Below, piece after piece: positions 38,940-48,037 of a stretch of DNA of 64,000 nucleotides. The notes below the pieces were generated by a model. It worked only from the letters and a program-made list of their open reading frames with translations, made no database searches and had not been told where the DNA came from. The position numbers and the translations under genes are program-made. The stretch covers positions 5,696-69,695 of the forward strand of contig JACZRQ010000002.1 in assembly GCA_022574655.1 (NCBI GenBank). The letters run 5' to 3'. This DNA comes from Chloroflexota bacterium. Lineage in GTDB: Bacteria; Chloroflexota; Dehalococcoidia; SM23-28-2; RBG-16-64-32. Position 1 is the first letter of the stretch. Each line of letters opens with the position of its first letter.

Positions 38940-40187
38940 TTGCGTCGGCCAGCGCTCAGCGGCCCAGAATCCAACATCTGGAAGTATTACACCTTCCAGT
39001 TTCTTCTGAATTTTCAGCTCTGGTGGCCGATCTGGGTCATCTATCTCACGGAGCAACGCGGCCTATCGCTCGGCCAGGTGACTCTCATCGATGTCCCGTT
39101 CTGGGCGACTATCGTCTTCCTTCAGATCCCATCGGCCGCTGTCGCCGACCGTTGGGGACGGAAGCCGACCCTGATCGCAGCCGGCCTGTCCATGGCGGTA
39201 GCCGTAACCCTATTCGGCGTCGCGTCCTCGTTCTGGCTGCTTCTGCTCTCATATCTGATCTGGGGCATTTCGTTCTCGCTGCTCTTCGGCGCTGAGTCGG
39301 CGTTCATCTTCGATTCACTCAAGTCGATGGGCCGGGAGAACGAGTACTCAAAAATATACGGTCGCGCTTGGGGCCTAGCAACGGCGGCGATGCTTGCTGG
39401 CACACTCATCGGCGCGCCGCTCGCAGACTCTACGAACCTCAGTGTCCCGATCATCGTCAGTGGAGGCATCGCCGGGCTGGCTGCCCTGTTCGCGATCACG
39501 CTTTCCGAGCCTGAACCCATGGATCGAAGCCGGAAAACCATCTCATACGCCAAGATCATTGGGGACAGCGCGCAGCTTGTTCGAACGCGACCAGCAGTGC
39601 GATACTCGATCCTCTTCTATGGTCTCATTACGGTGGGAAGCATCGCTCCGGTCATTCTCTTCCAACCGTTCCTTATAGAGCACGACGTTGACATCGGGGA
39701 TGTGGGCTTCTGGCAAACGCCAACTCGCGTGGCCGGAATCGTCGGCGCGGTCGCCGCACACCGACTCATTCTCGCGGCGGGCGAGCGGGCGACGTTCTAT
39801 GCCATGCCTGTCGTCCTGATCTTCTCGTACTTGATGCTCGGGCTTTGGGATTCACTGTATGCCCAGATAGCATTTCCTTTGATGAACTTCGTCGTCATCC
39901 TCTCGCAACCGACGGTGACCGACTACCTGAACCGCCGCGTGCCCACGGAACAGCGGGCGACCGTCATCTCACTCACGAACTTGGCGCGCTCGGCCGTACT
40001 GATCCTCGCGGCGCCGCTTCTGGGGCTGCTCGCGGACGAGGCGTCGCTCGCCACATCGTTCATAGTCGCCGGTGCGCTGGTCGCCGGCTTCGGGCTGCCG
40101 CTGATGGCGCTCTGGTCGCCATTCATATCGCCTCACAGAGGCGCCGAGACGATCGAGGCCGAGCCAGCGAGCAAGGGGGGCGACTAA
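38940..40187 (+). CDS. MFS transporter
   Basis: About twelve TM segments, ADRWGRK motif A and SGAESA-like segment. Confidence 0.88.
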   Translation: MRRPALSGPESNIWKYYTFQFLLNFQLWWPIWVIYLTEQRGLSLGQVTLIDVPFWATIVFLQIPSAAVADRWGRKPTLIAAGLSMAVAVTLFGVASSFWLLLLSYLIWGISFSLLFGAESAFIFDSLKSMGRENEYSKIYGRAWGLATAAMLAGTLIGAPLADSTNLSVPIIVSGGIAGLAALFAITLSEPEPMDRSRKTISYAKIIGDSAQLVRTRPAVRYSILFYGLITVGSIAPVILFQPFLIEHDVDIGDVGFWQTPTRVAGIVGAVAAHRLILAAGERATFYAMPVVLIFSYLMLGLWDSLYAQIAFPLMNFVVILSQPTVTDYLNRRVPTEQRATVISLTNLARSAVLILAAPLLGLLADEASLATSFIVAGALVAGFGLPLMALWSPFISPHRGAETIEAEPASKGGD

Positions 40188-41014
40188 GTCGATGGCCCGA
40201 CGGGCGGCCAGGAGACCCGCCTCGGCTCTCGCCAGCCTTGGGCCGCATCGAGCGCAGTGGCGAACCAGACACCGTCGCGTCCCTTCATGTGTTCGATCAG
40301 CCGCTCGAGCACTCCGATCCGCGAACGGCGCCCGATCAACTGAGGATGTAGCGTGATCAAGAACATGCCACCTTCTTCGTAGGCCTTGTCGAACTCCGTC
40401 TGCCACAGGGAGAGAATGTCATCGGGAGGGAGCATTACGTTCGACCCACCGAAGAAGTAGGCGCTGAACGGAAAATCATCGAGTTCCCAGCTCACTGGCA
40501 GCTGGATGAGGGGCTCCGGCATGCCCTCGACATCGATCAAGTACGGGTTGTCGTCACCCATCAGGCTACTGTCGTAAACAAATCCCTCTTCAAGCAAAAG
40601 TTTCGCCGTATGCAGGTTGTGGTCCCAAGGCACCACACGCGCGCCACGCGGCCTCGAACCTGTCACTTCCTCAAGCGCCTTCAACGAGCGTCGGATCAGG
40701 CCTCGCTCCTCATCAACCGACATTCCGATCACTGACTCACAGTTGAATCCCTCGTATGCGACCTCCTGACCAAGCTCCATCGCTCGCTCGACCTCTGCCC
40801 TGTGATTCAGCGCGACCCACGCGGGGACAAAGAAAGTACCTGGGACCTTGTAGCTGTCGAGCAAATTCATCACCCGCTCAAACCCGGCCCTCGCGCCGTA
40901 CGCTCCACGCTCCATCGAGCCGGGCGAATCCATCTCGAGTGCACCGAACCACATCGCTTCGGCATCGAAGTTCCAGGTGAGTACGACGGCGCACCGTTTT
41001 CCGTTCGACCACAT
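40184..41014 (-). CDS. Polysaccharide deacetylase / PuuE-like (CE4) protein with altered metal ligands
   Basis: TWNFDAE, GTFFVP, YDSSLMGDD.PY, LPVSWELDD and LHPQLIG motifs. Confidence 0.85.
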   Translation of the reverse strand: MWSNGKRCAVVLTWNFDAEAMWFGALEMDSPGSMERGAYGARAGFERVMNLLDSYKVPGTFFVPAWVALNHRAEVERAMELGQEVAYEGFNCESVIGMSVDEERGLIRRSLKALEEVTGSRPRGARVVPWDHNLHTAKLLLEEGFVYDSSLMGDDNPYLIDVEGMPEPLIQLPVSWELDDFPFSAYFFGGSNVMLPPDDILSLWQTEFDKAYEEGGMFLITLHPQLIGRRSRIGVLERLIEHMKGRDGVWFATALDAAQGWREPRRVSWPPVGPST

Positions 41015-41117
41015 CCGATCCCTCCTTAGGACATAACGACAAGGACGTCAGGCGATGGCTCAATAGATCGCTCGCCTTCGAGCTTCCTCGTCCTGCGCTC
41101 GATTATATTGCCTTTCC

Positions 41118-41161
41118 CCCGACCGGTTGGTATTGACGCTTCAACGATACTGAACTATCTT
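41118..41161 (+). promoter_or_regulatory. Sigma70 promoter with adjacent operator-like site
   Basis: CCCGACCGGTTGGT (41118-31) directly before TTGACG (41133-38), N17, TATCTT (41156-61). Confidence 0.65.
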
Positions 41162-41283
41162 GCGAACGAGGGTCCAGCCCGTGGTGTGAAGAGGACGCAT
41201 ACGGCCGACCCAGCATGATCGCGAATCGAAGGCCTCGCCGACGTAGCTTTCGCTTGGCCCAGCATGGAAGGACTCTGTGACCG

Positions 41284-42051
41284 ATGAGACTCAAGGATCG
41301 CGTAGCCGTCATCACCGGAGGTGGATCTGGTATCGGCAAAGCGACGGCACTTCTCTTTGCCAAAGAGGGCGCTAAGATCGCGATCTTCGAGATCGCCGAA
41401 GACAACGCACGCGAGGCAGTGAAGGAGGTTGAGGCGGAAGGTGGCACCGCCATCTACGCGCTTGCCAACGTGGCCAGCGAGTCAGAGGTGGAGGTGGGAG
41501 TCCAGAAAGTGATCGACACGTTCGGCAGGATCGACATCCTATTCAACAACGCAGGGGCTCATCGCTATCCGCACACCAGTACACCGATCGACGAGCTACC
41601 CGAGTCCGAGTGGGATCGAATCGTCGACAGCCACCTGAAGGGCTGCTTTCTCTGCTCCAAGCATGCGGTGCGTCAAATGAAGAAGCAAAAGAGCGGTGTC
41701 ATCGTCAACATCGCCTCGATCTCTGGCCTGGTCGGGATCCCTTACGTGCACAACTACGGAGCCGCCAAGCACGGCATCATCGGTCTAACCAAAGAGCTAG
41801 CCGTCGAACTCGCAGACTTCGGGATTCGTGCGAACGCGGTTGCGCCTGCCAGCGTCGATACTCCGATGCGCTGGCATGGTGGCAAGGGCATCTCTGACGA
41901 AGTACGGGCGGAGATCAGCCGCACAATTCCCTTGAAGCGGATCGCTCAGCCGGAAGAGATAGCGCAGGGAGTTCTCTACTTAGCGTCTGACGAATCGTCG
42001 TTCGTCACGGGCGCCGTGCTCCCTATCGATGGCGGATACGTCGCCCAGTAG
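41284..42051 (+). CDS. SDR oxidoreductase
   Basis: TGGGSGIG, NNAG and YGAAK motifs. Confidence 0.92.
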   Translation: MRLKDRVAVITGGGSGIGKATALLFAKEGAKIAIFEIAEDNAREAVKEVEAEGGTAIYALANVASESEVEVGVQKVIDTFGRIDILFNNAGAHRYPHTSTPIDELPESEWDRIVDSHLKGCFLCSKHAVRQMKKQKSGVIVNIASISGLVGIPYVHNYGAAKHGIIGLTKELAVELADFGIRANAVAPASVDTPMRWHGGKGISDEVRAEISRTIPLKRIAQPEEIAQGVLYLASDESSFVTGAVLPIDGGYVAQ

Positions 42052-42064
42052 ACGTAGGGACGAC

Positions 42065-44749
42065 ATGGCACAATCCCCCGGCGATGGCAACGTCACAGGC
42101 CTAGTAGCTCCGCTGGCGGACGTTGGAGAAGCGGACGCGACCGCCGTTGGAGGCAAAGCCTTTGGACTGAGCAGGTTGGCCCAAGGCGCGTTCGAAGTAC
42201 CGTCAGCGTTTTGCATTAGTTGCGCAGCTTACCGGCAGTTCATGGAGCAGACTGGGCTCGAGAACCTGATCAACGCCAGGAAAGATCGTATCGCGTCAGC
42301 GGACATCAAGGACGCGCGCAAATTGAGTGCCGAGCTGACTGACCACCTCATGCAATCAACGATGCCGGCCGATTTGGAAGCGGAGATCGTTGCGTCTTAC
42401 AAGCGGCTGGTCGGCTCGGACATCTCTAAGCACGTTGCCGTGCGCTCGTCGCCGGCTGTGAGTCTCCCTGGTCAATATCACACCGCTCTGAACGTCGCTG
42501 GAGAGGACCACGTTCTGGACGCGGTGAAAGATGTCTGGGCATCGTACTGGACCCCTGAGGCGATCGTCACCAGGGGTGCGTTGAGTGTCCCTCACACGCC
42601 TGTACAATTCGGGGTCGTCGTTCAGGAGATGATTGATGCGGAGGTCGCGGGGATTCTGTTCACGGCTGAGATGCCCAGCGGCGATGAGAGCAAGATCGTG
42701 ATCGAAGCGGTGACTGGGCTCGCCGAGACTCTTGCGCTAGGTAGACGTGATCCCGATAGGTTCGTTGTGGACAAGGCGAGTCTCGATGTGATTGAGCGGA
42801 TCGCCGCACCTGCTGGGGGTTCGAACAAGACCGAAGCGGTAACGGAAACACTTAGTGACCAACTGATATCGGAGCTCTGCCGCATTGGTTTGTCAGTCGA
42901 AAAGAACTTCCAACATCCGGTGGACATGGAGTGGGCCTATCGGGAGGGGCGCTTCTACACGCTTCAGGCACGAGCTATCCGAGGCTTGGCAGACGAGGAC
43001 GTCATCGAGCCCTGCCGCGATCACTTCCAATACAATCCCCGTCCGCCGCGTTCCGACGCGGTGTGGAGCCGGTATTACGGAGACAACTTCCTGCGCGGCA
43101 GATTCACACCCGCGGGATATTCCTTCGTGATCTGGTGGCCAGAAGCGATGGAAACGATCATCGACCGGACACGGGGATACAAGGAGCTAGAGAACGTTCC
43201 TCTGTTTCGCTACTATCGCGGCCGGGCGTACACGAACACCGACTACCTGAAGCTCCGTGTCCAGTACGAACCACCGTTTCTGCGGACGCAAGAGTCGATG
43301 AATCACTTCCCATCCTGGGAGCGGGAAGAGATCGCCTCCATGCCGTTCCGGTGGTGGAAGAGGCTATGGGGGGAGTTGCGGGTCCTGGTGCTGCGCCCGA
43401 ACCAGAGCCTGTTCAGGAACTACCACTTCTTCGAGCGCGAGAGCGCAGACATCCTCGATAAGATCCGAACCGAACTCGACCCTATCGACCTGAACGCGTC
43501 GTTGGAGGAATTGCTCCGCTATCGCGATGTGCTTCGGAGGCTGATCGCCCGCCACGAGCTAGGATACGTCGGATGGATCTTCCACTACAAGTTGATGATC
43601 GATGCCCTCCTGACGATGCTGCTGAAGGAGTGGTACGGGCCGGGTCACGAGGAGCTGTTCGCCAGCCTCCAGGCAGGCGTCCCGGACAACATCAGCGTGA
43701 AGACAGCCGGGGCGATGTGGGAGGTCTCTCGCGTCGCCGCCGGGGATCCCGTCGTGGCTCGTGCGTTTGAGCGTATAGACACGAAGGATCTCTTAGACGA
43801 GCTGAAAGGTGTGCCGCAAGCCGAGACGTTCTTGAACGCGCTAAGTGGCTTCCTGGACGAGTACGGGTACAGAAGGGAAGCGCTGACGATAGAGCCTCCT
43901 TCGTGGGAGGAAGATCCGACGCAGGTCATCCGTATCTTGAAAGCGATAGTGAAACTGCCGGACGACCGTTCACCAACCTCCGAGCTCGAGGCACAGATTC
44001 AGCGAAGATTGGAAGCCACCGCCAAGGTCGAAAGGGCTCTATCCTCGCAACGCTGGGGTTGGTTCAAGAAACGGGCCTTTCGGGCAGTCCAAAAGTACAG
44101 CCTCGCCTACCTTGCATGTCGCGAGAATCAGCGCAAAGTCGCGGACCCATGTATCTCACGCTATCGGCGGATGTTCCTGGCCTTCGGTGACCGGCTCGTC
44201 CCGCGGGGTGCGCTATCCGATAGGGTAGACGTGTTCTTCCTATCGGAGCCGGAGATTCTTGAGGCGGTGATGGACGATGGCCGAGCCGAATACTGCAAGA
44301 ACAAGGTTCAGTCACGCAAGGCCACTTTCCCGAGTTACGAGGCGCTCCCGCCGATGTTCGTTCGCGGGAAATCGGAGGAGCTACTGCCCGAGGCCGTGGC
44401 GAGCAGGCATGCTACGGACGGTCAGTTGGTCCTGGAAGGCACTCCCGCGAGCCCTGGCGTGGCATCAGGACCGGCCCGGATCCTGCACCGCCTCGACGAG
44501 GTAGATTCTCTCACCCTAGGTGATGTGCTCGTCGCAAGCGCGATCGATCCTGGCTGGACCAGCGCGTTCCCCGTAATCGGCGCGGTCATCACCGAGATTG
44601 GCGGCGCCCTTTCTCATGGCGCCATCATGGCCCGGGAGTTTGGCGTGCCTGCCGTGATCGGAGTGGAGGGCGCACTGACGGCGTTAAAGGATGGCCAATC
44701 CGTCACAGTTGACGGTCTGAATGGGACAGTTACCGTCGACGAAAGCTAA
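42065..44749 (+). CDS. Three-domain dikinase, rifampicin-phosphotransferase-like architecture (ATP-grasp, substrate domain, His swivel)
   Basis: GGKA, AVRSS, VVVQEMI, DMEWA..YTLQAR and C-terminal GGALSHGAIMAREFGVPAV. Confidence 0.9.
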   Translation: MAQSPGDGNVTGLVAPLADVGEADATAVGGKAFGLSRLAQGAFEVPSAFCISCAAYRQFMEQTGLENLINARKDRIASADIKDARKLSAELTDHLMQSTMPADLEAEIVASYKRLVGSDISKHVAVRSSPAVSLPGQYHTALNVAGEDHVLDAVKDVWASYWTPEAIVTRGALSVPHTPVQFGVVVQEMIDAEVAGILFTAEMPSGDESKIVIEAVTGLAETLALGRRDPDRFVVDKASLDVIERIAAPAGGSNKTEAVTETLSDQLISELCRIGLSVEKNFQHPVDMEWAYREGRFYTLQARAIRGLADEDVIEPCRDHFQYNPRPPRSDAVWSRYYGDNFLRGRFTPAGYSFVIWWPEAMETIIDRTRGYKELENVPLFRYYRGRAYTNTDYLKLRVQYEPPFLRTQESMNHFPSWEREEIASMPFRWWKRLWGELRVLVLRPNQSLFRNYHFFERESADILDKIRTELDPIDLNASLEELLRYRDVLRRLIARHELGYVGWIFHYKLMIDALLTMLLKEWYGPGHEELFASLQAGVPDNISVKTAGAMWEVSRVAAGDPVVARAFERIDTKDLLDELKGVPQAETFLNALSGFLDEYGYRREALTIEPPSWEEDPTQVIRILKAIVKLPDDRSPTSELEAQIQRRLEATAKVERALSSQRWGWFKKRAFRAVQKYSLAYLACRENQRKVADPCISRYRRMFLAFGDRLVPRGALSDRVDVFFLSEPEILEAVMDDGRAEYCKNKVQSRKATFPSYEALPPMFVRGKSEELLPEAVASRHATDGQLVLEGTPASPGVASGPARILHRLDEVDSLTLGDVLVASAIDPGWTSAFPVIGAVITEIGGALSHGAIMAREFGVPAVIGVEGALTALKDGQSVTVDGLNGTVTVDES

Positions 44750-45426
44750 GCCAGAAAGCTCTGTAGAGCGCCGCGCCAATCTGAGAAGTCCTCAAAGGCG
44801 ATGTCCGCGCCCGCTTCCTTTAACTGATCGACTGACCACTTTCCCGTGGCCACCGCAATCGACGTTGCGCCGTTGTTCTTAGCGGCTTTCACGTCCGAGG
44901 GTGTGTCGCCGACCATAACCACGGTCTTCGGATCCGCCTCAGCGGCGAGTCGCTTCATCGCCATGCCCACTAACACGCTTCGATCCTCGTCGTCGTCGCC
45001 GAACGCCCCATCGGCAAAGTGGCTGGAGTCGACGCCGCAGTGCTCGATCTTAAGCATGGCAGCTTGCCTGGAGTTGCCCGTCACTAGACCTAGTGTGGCG
45101 CCCGCCTCGGCCAGACCTGTGAGCAACTCCTCAATTCCGGGAGTACGCTTCGCCTCAGCCGTTGCCAGGCAACCGGGAAGAACCTCATGGTATCGCTGTC
45201 TGAATTGACGAGTCAGGTCCTCGACCTCGCCAGAAACGCCATGACGATCAAGAGCCTCGTGCAATATGATCGTATCCGTGCGGCCTGCATACTGCAGGTC
45301 TATACCGGCGAAGGCATCCTCGACCCCGAAGAGATCGGCGAACGCCTGCTTGAAGGCTCGTGCCGTGGCGTCGCCGCTCCACAACACCGTGTTGTCAAGA
45401 TCGAAAAGGATTAGTTTCTTAGCCAC
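44746..45426 (-). CDS. HAD-family phosphatase
   Basis: FDLDNT (DxD), VTGN and VGDTPSD motifs. Stop overlaps the dikinase stop. Confidence 0.9.
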   Translation of the reverse strand: MAKKLILFDLDNTVLWSGDATARAFKQAFADLFGVEDAFAGIDLQYAGRTDTIILHEALDRHGVSGEVEDLTRQFRQRYHEVLPGCLATAEAKRTPGIEELLTGLAEAGATLGLVTGNSRQAAMLKIEHCGVDSSHFADGAFGDDDEDRSVLVGMAMKRLAAEADPKTVVMVGDTPSDVKAAKNNGATSIAVATGKWSVDQLKEAGADIAFEDFSDWRGALQSFLA

Positions 45427-45540
45427 ACTTACCAGCCGGGCTGGCCGGACGATCTCGCCAACCCCGACGCCATAATGTAGCAGTCCAAGTTCTGGGTCAA
45501 GACGCGCACACGATCATTAGGGGGGCTCCGTTCCGACCGA

Positions 45541-45828
45541 CTAGTCAGCGCTCTGTCGCGCTGCCGACTGTGGGCCGACATCTGCCGGACTCGGCACCGG
45601 CTGCCGTCCGCGCACGACCAGAATCAAGAGCCACATCAGACCGATGAGAGACAATACGATCGAGCTGGCGTAGAGTTCTTCCCCGACCAGCCCAACGACG
45701 ATAATAGAGGTGCCGATAAAACTGACGGTGGAGGTCAGGCGCGGCACATAAGCGTTCTTGTTCAGCAGCGTTGGGATCAGAGACGGAAGGAAGATCAGGT
45801 TACCCACTGTAATCAGGGCATCCCACAT
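45541..45828 (-). CDS. Small three-helix membrane protein (PQ-loop/SemiSWEET-like topology)
   Basis: MWDALITVGNLIFLPSLIPTLL... with three hydrophobic segments. AAGGAGG RBS. Confidence 0.6.
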   Translation of the reverse strand: MWDALITVGNLIFLPSLIPTLLNKNAYVPRLTSTVSFIGTSIIVVGLVGEELYASSIVLSLIGLMWLLILVVRGRQPVPSPADVGPQSAARQSAD

Positions 45829-45960
45829 GATTCCGTCCTCCTTTCGAAATGGCGGCCGTTTCGGCCGCTCTGTCCACGTAACTTTCTCGACGGTGCTCGG
45901 GCAGGTCGAGACGCATTGTACTCTCCAGCGCCTCAAGTTGGAGCCGTGACCGTAACTGAC

Positions 45961-47633
45961 TCACTTTTCAGCGCGAATGATGCCGCTGTCGAGGAGAACT
46001 TTCAGCTCGTCATGTACAGTGCTTGCCGACACGCTCAGATTCGCGGCAACCTTTTTGAGCAATTGCGAGACCTCTATCCGGCCGTCAGCCTCACGCACCA
46101 CGTCTAAGGCAACAGAAGAAAGAGTAGTCAGTCGATTCTGATGGTAGACGCTGACGAGAGCCTGAGCGACGAGCTTCTCTGGATCCACGTATAGGTAACT
46201 TTTGAGCGGGTAGTTGGCCACCAATCGTGCGTCGGCTGACGGTATCGCTGACGAGTGCGGGTCTGCAAGGCTGTCGAATACCTCCGCAATGGCGACGTCA
46301 GTCCATTCGCTGTCGTTCAAAGGGACGCGGTCTCCTTCCATCGCGAACCGGTCGAAGACTTCACGAGCGGATTCGCTGATAGAGTCAGCCTCGCTCGATC
46401 GTTGCTCTAGTTTGTCGTGAAGCAGATAGCTGCCGCCAGATAACACCTTGATGAAGGTCTGCTTATGCGAACTCTCGCGGATTGCGTAGCTCAGGTTGTG
46501 GGTCTTCCAGAAATAGGAACGCATATCGCGGTGGGCGTTGTAGAAGTAGAGAAGCAGACGGATCATATGATCATAGAACGACTTGAGGGTGTCCTGGTAG
46601 GCGCCTTGCAAGACCTCTTCTCGAGCACCAGGCGTAGCCCCCAGAAGACTATTGATGCTACAAGCCGCTAGCACGGCGGTCCGCATCGCGTTTGAGACGC
46701 CGTAAGACCACAGCGGATCTACGAAGACAGCGGCGTCGCCAGCCCGGAAGTACCCGGGTCCACAGTAGTCTTTGAACGTGAAGGAATAGTCACGAATCAC
46801 CCTCACGGGCTCTATCCGGCGAGCATCGGAGACCAAGGCGGCGACGTGTGGACAAAGCGCGATCATGGCGTCTAGGAAGGCCTCACTCCCCATCTGTTGA
46901 AGTTGCTGGAAGCTTCGATGGGAGACGACGGCCCCAACACTACTGTAGTGCTCGTTTTGCGGAATGACCCAGAACCACCCGTGCTCAAAAGCGACGACAA
47001 TCTGATTCCCCCGAGGCTCATCGGGGTCCCAGTTCGGCACGGCGACGGCGGGGGAATAATAGGAGAACACCGCGATGTTTTTGAAGTCCTCGTTGTACTG
47101 CAAGCTATGAGACCGTTCCAGAGCGAGACTGTCCTGACCAGTGGCGATCAGGGTGTAGGCGGACTTGACCTCGCCTTCGGTCCCGTCAGGCCGAGAGTAG
47201 GCGACTCCAACGACTCGGCCGTCCGCGTGAAGCAGACGCGTGACCCGATGGTTTTGATAGACGTTGGACCCCCGTCGGATGGCGTTTGACAGAAGCACTC
47301 GGCGCGGCGCACATGGTAGGAGTAGGTCGGGTTGCCGGGTACTTCAGCAAAGCGCCAATGCCAGGGCCGTTCCCGGTTCTTGCCCCAGATGAAGCTGCCC
47401 CCGTACTTCCGCACAAAGCGACGACTTTCGACCTCTTCCCTCGCGCCGAGACGCTGGAGAATTGTTGGGGCGATTCCTAGTAACGACTCGCCCACGTGGT
47501 AGCGTGGAAAAGTTTCTTTTTCCAGCAAGACCACATCGCGACCGGCAATTGCCAATAGAGCCGCCGCTGTCGATCCAGCCGGGCCACCACCGATGACCAC
47601 AACGTCACACGTTTCGGGGACGGATTCGTTCAC
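45961..47633 (-). pseudogene. Frameshifted FAD-dependent halogenase-family gene
   Basis: 5' frame: GGGPAGS, FPRYHVGESL, RKYGG. 3' frame: FEHGWFWVIP (WxWxIP), YSF, AGDAAVFVDPLWSYGV. Frames switch at ~47298. Confidence 0.82.
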
Positions 47634-47801
47634 TGGCTCACACCTTCAGGCTATCTGGTCTCGAGGAGCGGTCGACAGGGGTAGTCGAATTCTAACCGAC
47701 GACATCTTAACTCGGATGTAGAATCATTCGCCAGCGAGCGTATCGCTCGGTACCAGTAGACCCCGGTGCCGCTCGATCTTGATGACAGATTCGCGCGTCT
47801 A

Positions 47802-47857
47802 TTGACAGGATAGCAAATTTGGAATATCTTTCGACCGACGCATACCGAACGGTCGGT
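47802..47857 (+). promoter_or_regulatory. Consensus sigma70 promoter plus operator-like palindrome
   Basis: TTGACA (47802-07), N17, TATCTT (47825-30), then ACCGAACGGTCGGT (47844-57). Confidence 0.72.
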
Positions 47858-48037
47858 CGGCTTGACCCCTCCCAGAATAGCCGCTTCGAGAGCTAGACTC
47901 GGCAGAGCGATCCGACCACTCTAGGCATGCTGTCTCCTTTCGCGGTTAGGGTCGGGTATGCCCCCCGGCCCTGCCGTCGTTTGGCGGAACCTCTCGCCGC
48001 CGCGGGCGATCACGTGGCTATCCACAACACCATCCTT

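Noticed and set aside
42065-44749. Calling this rifampicin resistance (rph) or PEP synthase (ppsA)
   Set aside because: Only the architecture is shared. There is no C-terminal PEP/pyruvate TIM barrel, and rifamycin-binding residues cannot be verified by eye.
47290-47305. Programmed recoding in the halogenase
   Set aside because: Three conserved residues are physically missing, so frameshifting could not restore the consensus.
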